From the IMG/VR virus record IMGVR_UViG_3300030099_001001, positions 1 to 39,241 of that record: a stretch of 39,241 nt of DNA, one strand, 5' to 3'. Position numbers and translations under genes: made by a program. This document shows positions 26,791-36,297 of this stretch, in pieces. Source of the stretch: a virus. Its lineage: Duplodnaviria; Caudoviricetes. Under the pieces are notes generated by a model. It was not told where the DNA came from, searched no databases, and saw only the letters and a list, made by a program, of their open reading frames with translations. The stretch's first letter is position 1. Each line of letters begins with the position of its first letter.

Positions 26791-27930
26791 TTATTTTTTC
26801 TTTATACTTCTTATTTTCAAGCCTTTACCCGAATCAGGGTTGACAGCTCGAATCTGCATCCCTCCCTTTGTTGTCGCCTCGGGTGCTGTACGCTCAGACA
26901 TCTCTATATTTTTCATCTTGCGTGTAACATCCTCGGTTGCAGAAGCCTTCCCTTGTTCGTAAAAGAACTGAGCAAACTTCTCAGGGTTTGATGCAACTGC
27001 TATTGCCCTATGGTATCCTGCAGCATCTGAGATTAAGCCATCATCTGTCATGTACTTATTTATAAAGGTCATAACATTTGACTGCTCCTTCTTTAATGCT
27101 TCTGCGGACTGCGGTGAATATAAGACGGAGTTACCATCAACAGAGAACTCAAAACCTTTGAACTCTCCTCCGAACACCTCGTTGGTTTTTTCAATAAACC
27201 AATCTCGTCTACGCTCCCCCTCAACCTTTTGGGTCTCAGCAGATTTTATATATTGCCTATAGCTCTCAAGCTCCTCCGAACTAACTCCCGAGCTCTCACC
27301 TCCACTTGACTCAAGTGGCTGCTTGTATTGCTCCTTCATTCCGTTGAAGTAACTCTTGGCTTTTGCAATCTCTTTTTTCTTTGCTAGCTTTATTTTTTTA
27401 ATATCCAACTCTTCATCAACCTCTTCGTCATAATCAAACTCGTCAAGCATAATGTCGATGTCTTCATCGTCAAGCCCCTCTTCAGTGGCTTTATAATAAG
27501 ACTCTAGCAAATCATCAGGGTTCATCTCATCGAAGTCTTGTTGTAATTTAACAAAGTCCTCGAATCCACGACCCGTCTCTTGTTTGTATTTAAGATAGGC
27601 TGCTACATCTTCAGGTAATTCCTCTGAAGATTCTCGCTCAGACACCAACTCATCAAAAGAGTTAATCTCTTTGCCGTATCTTTTTCTAATATATGAAAGA
27701 ACGTCCTCCTCACTTAACTCTGAGGATTGAGTTTCTATCTCGCCTTCCGGCTTTGTTTCTTCTTTCTCTTGTGTGGATTCTACACTCTCAGTGCTTGACT
27801 CCACTACTTCATTGTTAGTCTCTCCTGATTCGTTATTTAACGACTCTTCGTGTTTTTCAAGAAGCTCCTTCTCTACTTCTTGTGTTGATTTACTCTCAGG
27901 AGTACCAACTGCTGTTACTTTAATTTCCAT
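26791..27930 (-). CDS. Capsid scaffolding protein
   Basis: Very acidic helical 379 aa between portal and MCP; NPEKFAQFFYEQGKA motif and basic C-terminus GLKIRSIKKK. Confidence 0.78.
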   Translation of the reverse strand: MEIKVTAVGTPESKSTQEVEKELLEKHEESLNNESGETNNEVVESSTESVESTQEKEETKPEGEIETQSSELSEEDVLSYIRKRYGKEINSFDELVSERESSEELPEDVAAYLKYKQETGRGFEDFVKLQQDFDEMNPDDLLESYYKATEEGLDDEDIDIMLDEFDYDEEVDEELDIKKIKLAKKKEIAKAKSYFNGMKEQYKQPLESSGGESSGVSSEELESYRQYIKSAETQKVEGERRRDWFIEKTNEVFGGEFKGFEFSVDGNSVLYSPQSAEALKKEQSNVMTFINKYMTDDGLISDAAGYHRAIAVASNPEKFAQFFYEQGKASATEDVTRKMKNIEMSERTAPEATTKGGMQIRAVNPDSGKGLKIRSIKKK

Positions 27931-27945
27931 TTAATTTGATTTTTA

Positions 27946-27953
27946 CAAAGTTA
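27946..27953 (-). promoter_or_regulatory. Bacteroidota -7 promoter element TAACTTTG
   Basis: Intergenic, 15 nt before the scaffold ATG; would drive scaffold-MCP. Confidence 0.72.
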
Positions 27954-27972
27954 GTTATTTTTTTCGAGCGAT

Positions 27973-30408
27973 TTAGCGGGGTTCAAACTCAGCTAAATCA
28001 AATCCATCTAAGCTGTCCTCGTTAGATTCAAACTTCTGTGGAGGTAGATTGTTCTTTCTCTGATTTATTAACTGTGACTGCTCCGTATTCTGTTGGCTAA
28101 TCCTTTCAGATTTAGCCTTCTCTCTCTGAGTCTCTCTACTCTGTAGAGCATTTTCAGATACATCCCGCAGACTCATGCTGTATTTAAATTCTTCAGCCAT
28201 TAGCTGTCTTTTAAGCTCTGCCTCGTTCTTCATCTTCTCAATATCAAAAGCAATCTCAGCCTGCTTAATCTGCATCTTAGACTGTGTCTCAGCCTGTATC
28301 TTCTGCATAGCTGTCTCTGCGGCCATCTGTTGAGATTGCAACTGAGTCTGTTGTTGCATAGCCTGTTGCTGCATCTTCATCTCCTGCTCTCTTTGTTGAA
28401 GAGCTTTACGCTTCATTTTCAAGAATTGATTAGCTAGCTTAATGTTTCTTATCTCTCTAATGTCAATAGCATCCTCAAGGTTAATGTCATTTTTAGATAG
28501 TGCCATTTGAATGTTCTGCTCTAGCTGAGCCTTCTCTTCTTCGTCAGGACTAACCTCGATGAATATACCAAAGTCGTATAGATATAAATCACCTATCTCT
28601 CCAAGTATGCTTACATTATATTTACCTATCTGATTAATAAACTCCTCTTTGAAGTCAGAGTATTCAAGGATATCTGCAATACGATATGTTAAAGACTCTG
28701 CAAGACTTCTATATATATAAAGACTACCATCAAGTATATGTCTTGTTGCAGTGTTAGAGTTTAGTGCCGCTAGCTTCTGTAGACCAACCAATGAGTTAGG
28801 GTCAGGTGTAGAACCGTCACGGGCCTCGTTTAATCCTGTCACCGCACGAATCATATCTAGATAGTGGTTGTAGTTGTATATCAGCATCTGAGCCTTACTC
28901 GCTCCTGATGATGACTGAAGCTCTTTGATAGGAACCTTTCCTTGATTGTATTCTCCATCCTGAGTGTAGCTTCTACCAATCACACTACCCGTTTGGAAGT
29001 ATAGCCTTAATGCATCCTCAGGGTTATAGGCACTACCTGTGCCAAGGTCTACCTCATTCAATCCGTCTGCATCTATATATACACCGTCAGGTACAACTCT
29101 TGATATTACCTGCTGTAGCTTGAGGTGTGTCATCTGAATTAAATCAGCAAAAGGAATCATTCTTCTTACCAATGACTCAATCACTCCCTTGTACATTCGT
29201 GGTGCTACCGCAACGTAGTTTGGTAGAGCGTGCTGACTTGCAGATTTTGGTCTTACCATATTCTTTGCAAGCTCCCATTTAAGTATAATGTTTGTACCCA
29301 TAACCATAACGCCATCGTACCAAACATCAATAGTCTTCTCAATCTTCTCGAATCTACCCTCCTCCATCATCTCTACAGGTGGATTGAATTGGTCATCCTT
29401 CTCAATAACTTTAGAGCCACCGCCCTCAAGAATCTTTTTCTTATAGACCATCTTTTTGGTGGTCTTATAATTAAAGTACATCAATGTACAGGTATCTCTA
29501 TAGAAGATATCATTCTCATAATACTGAGCTGTATTGTAGTAATCATACCAACTCTGACTGTATTTAGATATCTCTTCTAAATCCTCTCTCGTTAATGTGG
29601 GGTCTATCTTTAATAGCTCTGTGATAGGAACTGTCTTTATCTCTCCCCAATAGAAACAATCCTTAAAATGAGGGTCCTCTGTATAGCTGTACACCACATT
29701 CGCAGGGTCTACATAAGACACCTTTACACCGGAACCCTGAAGGAACTCCGTCTTAGCCATACTGACACCCAATACAGTTAGGTCATAGTCTAATCTCTTG
29801 CGAATATCTTGATAGTGATTCTCCGAGAATATAGTATCAATCGCCTCCTCCTCTGCTATCTCAATAGCGGGCTTATAGTTTAGGTTCATATATAATGCTA
29901 GCTCCTCATCATTCTCAGGAAGCTCAGCAGGATTCATAGCGAATGGGTCAACACCCGACTTCTCTTGTATAGTAAGAAGAACATCCTTAGCCGCCATCTG
30001 ACCTTCTATAATATCTTGGTACTTGCTTCTCTTAGCTTGAGACAATGCATCCTCTGAGTATGCCTTAACCCTAAAGAGTCTGTCAGACATTCCATTTACA
30101 ACGATGTCTACAAACTTAGGTAATATAGGAACAGGTGTCCAATCTAAATTAAGATAGGATAAATCCCCATCAATCGCTAGCTCGTTTTTATATTTAGCAA
30201 TGGACTGCTCCCCCCTTGCGTATAATCTGAGTCTATGAAAATCTCTCCACTGACTATAGTATCTGCAAGAGTTGCCGTCTTTTCTAAACCATTCATACTG
30301 AATGGCTTGACCAATCTGTAATCCAAACTCGTCTGTCGCTTTCTCTGCATCAGACACAAATTGACTTGGGAATCCTACAGATGAAATGTTTATCTTTACA
30401 TCCTTCAT
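27973..30408 (-). CDS. Portal protein
   Basis: 811 aa directly after terminase; LNLDWTPVPILPKFVDIVVNG, VTGLNEARDGS, Gln-rich C-terminal coiled coil like P22-type portals. Confidence 0.88.
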   Translation of the reverse strand: MKDVKINISSVGFPSQFVSDAEKATDEFGLQIGQAIQYEWFRKDGNSCRYYSQWRDFHRLRLYARGEQSIAKYKNELAIDGDLSYLNLDWTPVPILPKFVDIVVNGMSDRLFRVKAYSEDALSQAKRSKYQDIIEGQMAAKDVLLTIQEKSGVDPFAMNPAELPENDEELALYMNLNYKPAIEIAEEEAIDTIFSENHYQDIRKRLDYDLTVLGVSMAKTEFLQGSGVKVSYVDPANVVYSYTEDPHFKDCFYWGEIKTVPITELLKIDPTLTREDLEEISKYSQSWYDYYNTAQYYENDIFYRDTCTLMYFNYKTTKKMVYKKKILEGGGSKVIEKDDQFNPPVEMMEEGRFEKIEKTIDVWYDGVMVMGTNIILKWELAKNMVRPKSASQHALPNYVAVAPRMYKGVIESLVRRMIPFADLIQMTHLKLQQVISRVVPDGVYIDADGLNEVDLGTGSAYNPEDALRLYFQTGSVIGRSYTQDGEYNQGKVPIKELQSSSGASKAQMLIYNYNHYLDMIRAVTGLNEARDGSTPDPNSLVGLQKLAALNSNTATRHILDGSLYIYRSLAESLTYRIADILEYSDFKEEFINQIGKYNVSILGEIGDLYLYDFGIFIEVSPDEEEKAQLEQNIQMALSKNDINLEDAIDIREIRNIKLANQFLKMKRKALQQREQEMKMQQQAMQQQTQLQSQQMAAETAMQKIQAETQSKMQIKQAEIAFDIEKMKNEAELKRQLMAEEFKYSMSLRDVSENALQSRETQREKAKSERISQQNTEQSQLINQRKNNLPPQKFESNEDSLDGFDLAEFEPR

Positions 30409-32639
30409 CTTCTAATTAATTCACTTATTGTTCCTTTATTACTATACCTTGCAAAGTTAATACTTATTTTCGACTCTTTTTTCTCAGGTACATATGAGTT
30501 CTTCTGAGTCGCCATTATTGCAAGTCCTGAGCTTATTGTTGCATCATATCTAGTTCTATTACTAATATCAAACTTAGCCCAATCCTCAAGCGTTCTAGTA
30601 AACATCATAGAGCCCATATCGTCCATATCTCTATACGTTCCGCTCAGGTCTATACCTACATACTTCTCGATGTAAGATTCCACTGCGGAGGCGTGAGACT
30701 GCTTTACATCCTCACTTGAGTTAGGTATACCTCCGAGCTCCTTCTCTGTCTTAGAGAGCTTGTTATAGTGCTTATCGGGCCTATTGATACTAAAACCCCT
30801 GTATCCTCTGTTCTTAAAATGATAAAGTAACCTAGGCTTATTATTCTCTACAAGTATCGGCATACCATAGAATACGCAAGCCATAAGTACCTCCTCAAAG
30901 AATATCTCTGCAGTCTGTGGTCTAGCTACATACTCTAAGAAGAACTCATTAGATGGTGCGTCATCCATATTAAACTTTGTTAATCCATGCAATGCCCCAT
31001 TAGAACCACCTCCACCTACCGTTCCTGATATGTCATATGAGTCACATCCGAAAGCACCGATGTGCTCATTCGCAGGATACTTGATTCCTCTCTTCTCTAT
31101 AACACCATTCTGCAATCCCTTCTTTGGTGTCCAACTAACAAGGAACCTGCCTCTCTTGTCAGGACTCCATATAACTGTACTGTCTTTTATTCCGTCCTTC
31201 CAATGAAAGCTACCACGAGTCAGGTGATGCTCCCTTATTAAGGAGTCGTTATAATCTATCTGCTGATATATCTTTGTAAGATTAAATAGAGACTGCTTGC
31301 TCTCGTCTCTAAATGCATGAGACTCTGTCCTTGGAAACTGACGATAGAACTCATTGAGTGCGTCAGGGTCATTCTTTAATGACTCAACCTCAGCCTCCCA
31401 ATAGTCGATAGCTCCATTATCAATCATCTCTCCGTCTACACCGAGCACAGGCTTAGAAGGTTTTCTCAGTACGGGCATTCCGTATCTATCTATAAACCCC
31501 TCCATATTCCATTCCATAGGAATGAATAGGTTATATAGCCCGCTCTTAGTCTGTCCGTTTGCATTTCTTTTTGTTGGGTGAGAGTCGTTGTATAGTTTCT
31601 TAAACTCTTCACCACCTTTGTTTAGTGCATTTGATGTTGAGCCCATCATACACTTACCAATAATCTTACTACCCAATCTTAGACAGGTCTTGGTTACACG
31701 CCAATTGTTTAATATGTTATTTGGCTTAAGCCACTTACCACTCTCGTCATGTACTAATAGTAATAGTTTTTCACCGTCATAGGAGTTGTCGTCTGTGTTC
31801 TTCCAATCTATTGTGGTGTCAAGACCATCCATTCCTGTATCATCAATGGTCGACATATTCTTCTTTGTAATCTTAGATGCAGGAATCCTAAATGCTAGCT
31901 CGGTCTTTGGTTTATCCATACCATCCTGTATGGGTTTAAAAAAGAATGGAAGCCTCTGTGATATAGGAACAACCTTATCGGTAAACATCTTCTTGGCATC
32001 ACTACCCGTCTTTGATAATATACCTACACGGGAGTCTCTAGCTAATGTACCTGTATTAACACACTCAGACGAGCTCATAAATGAGAATCCTGAACGTCTA
32101 ATCTTTAGATAGTCTAACCCAAAGCAACGCTTGTCAGCCTTACAAGCTTCCCAATACATATATAGTATACGATTAGCCTCTCTAAAGTCAGGATATCCCA
32201 CATCAATATTGGTCCACTGTAGATACATATAGTGAGCTCCTGTAATATAGGTAGGTGTATTGTTGTTCATAAACCAATACCCGTCCTCTCTTCTATCAAA
32301 CTCTTCTTCTATATAATCAACCCACTTGCTTTTAAACTCAGATGGCATCTCGTTCCATTGAAATATTGACTGAATCCTTGCTAATGCCTCAGGTATATCT
32401 TCTCTCTGCCAATAGTTTTTTCCTTTTGATATTTTCTCAGGTGGCTTTGGAAGAGCAATACGAAGTCCGTTTATACTAACAACCGTATCAATCTCTCCTG
32501 ATTTAGATATTACTACTACGTCATACTTATCATTATACCCATATGTCCAACTGCGTACACGGTTCTTGTTCTTAACAACCTTTGATGGTATGTAATCTTT
32601 TAGAACACGAAATAAGTTATTTTGACCTTCGTTCTGCAA
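30405..32639 (-). CDS. terL: Terminase large subunit
   Basis: Walker A-like LKIRRSGFS, Walker B LLVHDESGKW, coupling motif GSTSN, RNase H-like FGCDSYD, ILVENN, YDATISSGLA. Start is TTG and uncertain. Confidence 0.92.
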   Translation of the reverse strand: MQNEGQNNLFRVLKDYIPSKVVKNKNRVRSWTYGYNDKYDVVVISKSGEIDTVVSINGLRIALPKPPEKISKGKNYWQREDIPEALARIQSIFQWNEMPSEFKSKWVDYIEEEFDRREDGYWFMNNNTPTYITGAHYMYLQWTNIDVGYPDFREANRILYMYWEACKADKRCFGLDYLKIRRSGFSFMSSSECVNTGTLARDSRVGILSKTGSDAKKMFTDKVVPISQRLPFFFKPIQDGMDKPKTELAFRIPASKITKKNMSTIDDTGMDGLDTTIDWKNTDDNSYDGEKLLLLVHDESGKWLKPNNILNNWRVTKTCLRLGSKIIGKCMMGSTSNALNKGGEEFKKLYNDSHPTKRNANGQTKSGLYNLFIPMEWNMEGFIDRYGMPVLRKPSKPVLGVDGEMIDNGAIDYWEAEVESLKNDPDALNEFYRQFPRTESHAFRDESKQSLFNLTKIYQQIDYNDSLIREHHLTRGSFHWKDGIKDSTVIWSPDKRGRFLVSWTPKKGLQNGVIEKRGIKYPANEHIGAFGCDSYDISGTVGGGGSNGALHGLTKFNMDDAPSNEFFLEYVARPQTAEIFFEEVLMACVFYGMPILVENNKPRLLYHFKNRGYRGFSINRPDKHYNKLSKTEKELGGIPNSSEDVKQSHASAVESYIEKYVGIDLSGTYRDMDDMGSMMFTRTLEDWAKFDISNRTRYDATISSGLAIMATQKNSYVPEKKESKISINFARYSNKGTISELIRR
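30452..30459 (-). promoter_or_regulatory. Possible -7 promoter element TAACTTTG inside terL 3' end, for the portal gene
   Basis: TAACTTTGCA (codons I-N-F-A), 43 nt before the portal ATG. Confidence 0.45.
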
Positions 32640-32898
32640 ATCCTTGTTTAGTATCTATCTTTGTCTCTCCTCTTTCTGAGACCTCTATGTTTCTTTTCTC
32701 GCCCTCTATCTTTGATAGTATCTCGAATGCATCAAATATAGCTAACTTTTTTGTAGCCGCAGCGTTCTTTAGTCTATCTGCGGCTAGCTCATCGTCAGGG
32801 TCAGGCTTAATAATATCTTCCTTAGCAACCTTTATCAACTGTTCAACGGCTTTCATTCCTGCGTTTATAATCTGAAGTTTAATATCTTTTGTCTCCAT
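32617..32898 (-). CDS. Putative terminase small subunit
   Basis: 93-aa helical protein immediately upstream of and overlapping terL; ADRLKNAAATKKLAIFDAFEIL. Confidence 0.6.
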   Translation of the reverse strand: METKDIKLQIINAGMKAVEQLIKVAKEDIIKPDPDDELAADRLKNAAATKKLAIFDAFEILSKIEGEKRNIEVSERGETKIDTKQGFAERRSK

Positions 32899-33461
32899 TA
32901 TAGCTTTATTGTTATTTGATGGTCATACATTCTGTATAACTTTTGGCCGTCAACATTAAACAAATACTCACTCTCAGGCTTAAAACAAACCCTGTCGCCC
33001 TTATTAATTCCTTTAGATATAAGATAATCATTTGGATACACCATCTCCCCCATTAATGGTTCTTCAGAGAATGGCTTAAACATATATGAATCCTCTACAG
33101 GTATAGGCTTGACAAAGCAGTATCTATCATATGAGTACCACTCTCCATTGTGCTTATACATAAAAAACTGCTCATCATCTATAAAAAAAAGGTCGTCCTT
33201 AAAAAAGCTCTTACCACTTTGTTGACGGCCTTTGATATCGTTGTAGAACTTAAATACATTGTGATGTACTAATAGGGTATCATCTTTTTGTATAGGACCT
33301 TCATATCCTAGTGGTGTTTCGATGACCTTGGCATAGCGAGTTGAGAACTGATGGTCTTCTTCTGAGGTACTTGTTATAAAATCTATTCCTCCTATCTCTT
33401 TTGTGTTGTCATATCGCTTGCCGTTTTCTGATTTAGTTATAAAGTAAAACGGTGACTTCAT
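32898..33461 (-). CDS. GroES-like co-chaperonin (probably two tandem GroES-like folds)
   Basis: First half IGGIDF...AKVIETP...IQKDDTLLVHHN; second half YCFVKP...GEMVYPN...GINKGDRVCF...FNVDGQKLYRM, matching GroES VKVGDxVxF...xDGEEYLI. Confidence 0.7.
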   Translation of the reverse strand: MKSPFYFITKSENGKRYDNTKEIGGIDFITSTSEEDHQFSTRYAKVIETPLGYEGPIQKDDTLLVHHNVFKFYNDIKGRQQSGKSFFKDDLFFIDDEQFFMYKHNGEWYSYDRYCFVKPIPVEDSYMFKPFSEEPLMGEMVYPNDYLISKGINKGDRVCFKPESEYLFNVDGQKLYRMYDHQITIKL

Positions 33462-33686
33462 TTAAAAATTTATATTGTACTCGATTGAAATTGGCATTGT
33501 ACGTGTGAACTCCTTCCACATCATTATCTCGTCTCCCTGCTGAATCCATATCTTAATAGACTCGGTATCAGGATAAAACTTTATTAAATGAATTGTGTAT
33601 TTAGAACCTAATACCTCTTGACCTACAATGTAATGCATTGCACCACCTTTGTAATCAGGGCCTATAGATATTTTTCTAATGTCCAT
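33462..33686 (-). CDS. Conserved phage hypothetical protein
   Basis: 74 aa, IRKISIGPDYK..AMHYIVGQEV...WKEF...MPISIEYNINF; abuts the GroES-like gene. Confidence 0.8.
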   Translation of the reverse strand: MDIRKISIGPDYKGGAMHYIVGQEVLGSKYTIHLIKFYPDTESIKIWIQQGDEIMMWKEFTRTMPISIEYNINF

Positions 33687-33698
33687 TTAATTTAATTT

Positions 33699-34658
33699 CT
33701 ATAAAGGAGTTCCATTATTGCAATACCAATCAGTGCCATCACTTATGCAAGTAGTTACAGAATAAAGTGTTGTTGGTAATGCTTTTGTAGCAGCACCATT
33801 AACTAGTGCACCACCACTCCCTGCTATATTTGCAGCAGTAGTAGTAGACTTCCTAACTAAAACAACTTTTCTTCCTGCTACATTTAGTGCTGCACTTAAA
33901 TAAATTGTACCGCCACCTGAGCTTGCACTGTAAAATATTACATTTGCATTTGCTGAAGGGTCCGTAGCAGCATCTACTGTAGTATTAGTGGATGGCACTG
34001 TAGACTGCCAATTAAGTTTACCGCTTGCATCAGAAACAAGAACCTTACCATCTGAACCTAAAGTACCCGTTGAGTCTTTAACTGCACCCTCTAAAAGAAC
34101 TGTAGAAGTTCCTTCAAATGAAAACTGACCAACCTCAAACAAGTAATTTCCCGAATGGGTTACATCACCTGTTATATCGGGGTCGCCTATCATAGTCATA
34201 TTACCCGTAAGGTTTAAATTTCCTGTAAGGTTTATGTCGTTGGTTGCAGTGTTACCTATAGCTAAAACTTGGTCAAGGTTTTGATTGGTAAGGCCCGAAC
34301 CAAAAACTAATTGACCGCTTGCATTACATACAAGCGTCTCTCCATTATTACCAAGACTGCCATTAAAGTCTTTGACAGTTCCTCCTAAGGTGATTGCCCC
34401 TCCGGACTGAGTAATATCTCCTGTAACAGTATGTGTACCTGTTTGTGTAATATTACCCGTAAGAGTAATGTTTTGCGTTGCCGTATTCCCCGTATCAAGA
34501 ACGTGCTGTAAGTTAACAGCAGAGATAATCACTGTCTGCAAATCACTTACTAAAAAATTCTTAGTAACATTTGCAGGAGTTCCTGAAGTATTTGTTCCTA
34601 TTAATTTGTCTGTTAATGCAATAGGACTTACATTTGAATATGTACTTATTTTTGACAT
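33699..34658 (-). CDS. Tail/virion fibre protein with internal duplication
   Basis: Two LxxVLxxGNTATxxIxLTGN units, two VKDxxGxLGxxGxxLVxxASGxL units, xTGD/N beta repeats, C-terminal CISDGTDWY domain. Confidence 0.75.
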   Translation of the reverse strand: MSKISTYSNVSPIALTDKLIGTNTSGTPANVTKNFLVSDLQTVIISAVNLQHVLDTGNTATQNITLTGNITQTGTHTVTGDITQSGGAITLGGTVKDFNGSLGNNGETLVCNASGQLVFGSGLTNQNLDQVLAIGNTATNDINLTGNLNLTGNMTMIGDPDITGDVTHSGNYLFEVGQFSFEGTSTVLLEGAVKDSTGTLGSDGKVLVSDASGKLNWQSTVPSTNTTVDAATDPSANANVIFYSASSGGGTIYLSAALNVAGRKVVLVRKSTTTAANIAGSGGALVNGAATKALPTTLYSVTTCISDGTDWYCNNGTPL

Positions 34659-34659
34659 C

Positions 34660-34887
34660 TTAATCCTTTTTTTCTGATACCTCTCCTGTCTGTATGTTTA
34701 TGACAGCATTGGCTCCATATTTTTTTACTAGTTTTTCTTCGTGTTTAGCAAAATGTTCCTTTAATACATCAAACTTCTTTAGTATGTTATGCTTCTGTAG
34801 CTCTACATTTACTAACTTCTCTTTGATAGTGGTTACCTCATTCTGTAACCCACGAATAGTCTCTAAATCTTTTTCACTAACTTTCAT
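34660..34887 (-). CDS. Small coiled-coil protein (possible fibre assembly chaperone)
   Basis: 75-aa coiled coil ending KKYGANAVINIQTGE; directly upstream of the fibre gene. Confidence 0.65.
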   Translation of the reverse strand: MKVSEKDLETIRGLQNEVTTIKEKLVNVELQKHNILKKFDVLKEHFAKHEEKLVKKYGANAVINIQTGEVSEKKD

Positions 34888-34908
34888 TCTATTTAATTTT
34901 ATTACCTA

Positions 34909-34916
34909 CAAAGATA
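34909..34916 (-). promoter_or_regulatory. Bacteroidota -7 promoter element TATCTTTG
   Basis: Intergenic, 21 nt before the ATG at 34887. Confidence 0.75.
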
Positions 34917-34920
34917 AGAA

Positions 34921-35316
34921 TTATTTCTTTCTAGTCTTTTCAACTGTTCTACCACCAAAGTATGCAGCAATAACAGTAAGCAAAAGAACCTGAAGTAGGT
35001 CTACCCAATTGTCCTCAACCTTAAACTTAATCTGTCCCGCATCAATAAATATCAACAGCATAGTGTTGAAAATTAAAAACATCAAGACCAATGGGCGTAC
35101 ATTCTTAGATAGCCAAGAGTCCGAGTTCATATCTGCTTTCCATCTATCTGTTACGTTTTTCTGCATATCAGCCTCGGCATCTATGAGTATCTTTGTCATC
35201 TCCTTCTCAAACTCTGCCTTCTCATCTTTAGTTCTTACGAATCGGTCTACCAATCCGCCAACCTTTCCGGCTACATCTGTTCCTTTTCCGAACAGTCTCA
35301 TTAAAATCTCTTTCAT
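34921..35316 (-). CDS. Holin (GTA-type/3TM holin-like)
   Basis: RWKADMNSDSWLSKNVRPL, two hydrophobic helices, AYFGGRTVEK basic end; adjacent to endolysin. Confidence 0.8.
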   Translation of the reverse strand: MKEILMRLFGKGTDVAGKVGGLVDRFVRTKDEKAEFEKEMTKILIDAEADMQKNVTDRWKADMNSDSWLSKNVRPLVLMFLIFNTMLLIFIDAGQIKFKVEDNWVDLLQVLLLTVIAAYFGGRTVEKTRKK

Positions 35317-35972
35317 TTGCTTTCTATTTTATTTATCATTTCAGTGTGAATCTTTGCAACTCTATCTCTTCCCTCCTCGCTTAAAAGAATATTCTTACAT
35401 TCCTTCTCGTTAGTCATAAAAAAGTTCTCGGATAGTACCGCAGGCATGGCTGTGTGAATAAGAACATAGAAGCTTGACTCCTTGTCTACATCACCGTCCG
35501 TTGTGTCCTTACGCATCTTATATCTTGGAAACTCCTTCTCGGCTTCTTCATATAAAGCTGTTGCTATAGCATCCGACTGAGTCTCTCCCGGAGATGTAAA
35601 CACCTCCCAACCATTTGCGGACTCATCGCTAAATCCATTTGCGTGTACGCTTATATATATACAAGGCTTCTCTGACTCACGATAAACCTCGTTAGCTAAC
35701 TTAACTCTTGTAGATAGAGGTACATCCTCATTGGTGTCTACCAAGTTGATATAGTCTATCTTGTTCTTGTCGCAATACTTAGCAATACGTTTTACTACAG
35801 CACGATTAAACTCACCTTCAAACAATTGAGTGCCATCGTCCCAAATAGGACTACGCTTTCCGGATGTCTGATATACACCATCAATAATTCCTCCATGACC
35901 ATTATCGAGAATCCATAAATATTTAGAGGTACTCTTTATTGGCTGCTTACAGCACGGACATATCATTCCCAT
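35313..35972 (-). CDS. Endolysin, N-acetylmuramoyl-L-alanine amidase (Amidase_3)
   Basis: ILDNGHGG, EGEFN, LSTRVKLAN, ISVHAN, PAVLSENFFM: zinc ligands H/E/H and catalytic E. Confidence 0.92.
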   Translation of the reverse strand: MGMICPCCKQPIKSTSKYLWILDNGHGGIIDGVYQTSGKRSPIWDDGTQLFEGEFNRAVVKRIAKYCDKNKIDYINLVDTNEDVPLSTRVKLANEVYRESEKPCIYISVHANGFSDESANGWEVFTSPGETQSDAIATALYEEAEKEFPRYKMRKDTTDGDVDKESSFYVLIHTAMPAVLSENFFMTNEKECKNILLSEEGRDRVAKIHTEMINKIESK

Positions 35973-35978
35973 ATTTTA

Positions 35979-36242
35979 CTATTGAAGTTCGTAGAGACGC
36001 TGCTCCATTACTTGAAGCTGACTTTTCATTTCGACAATCTCTGATTTTATAAATTCAATCTCATTAGATGTCTTTATGATTGCCGCATCAACCTGAGTGT
36101 CTCTTGTTGGTAATCGCTTGGCATCTTCTACCTCTGCGTGAAGCTTAAAGTACATACTCACAAATGTTGCCACAAGACCAATGATAAATAAAAGATTCCT
36201 TGGTGATAAATTTATTTTGGTCTTTTCGTTTATCTGTGACAT
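35979..36242 (-). CDS. Single-TM plus coiled-coil membrane protein in lysis cassette
   Basis: LLFIIGLVATFVSMYF followed by a heptad-like helix. Confidence 0.7.
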   Translation of the reverse strand: MSQINEKTKINLSPRNLLFIIGLVATFVSMYFKLHAEVEDAKRLPTRDTQVDAAIIKTSNEIEFIKSEIVEMKSQLQVMEQRLYELQ

Positions 36243-36297
36243 TATTTTTTTATTATGTACTTAATAATAATATTATGTGTATATGTTGAATAGAAGT

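Noticed and set aside
32656-32714. Two + strand TATCTTTG motifs inside terS (antisense promoters?)
   Set aside because: Explained by xKI codons; TAnnTTTG occurs often by chance in AT-rich coding DNA. The same caution applies to TAACTTTG at 4371.
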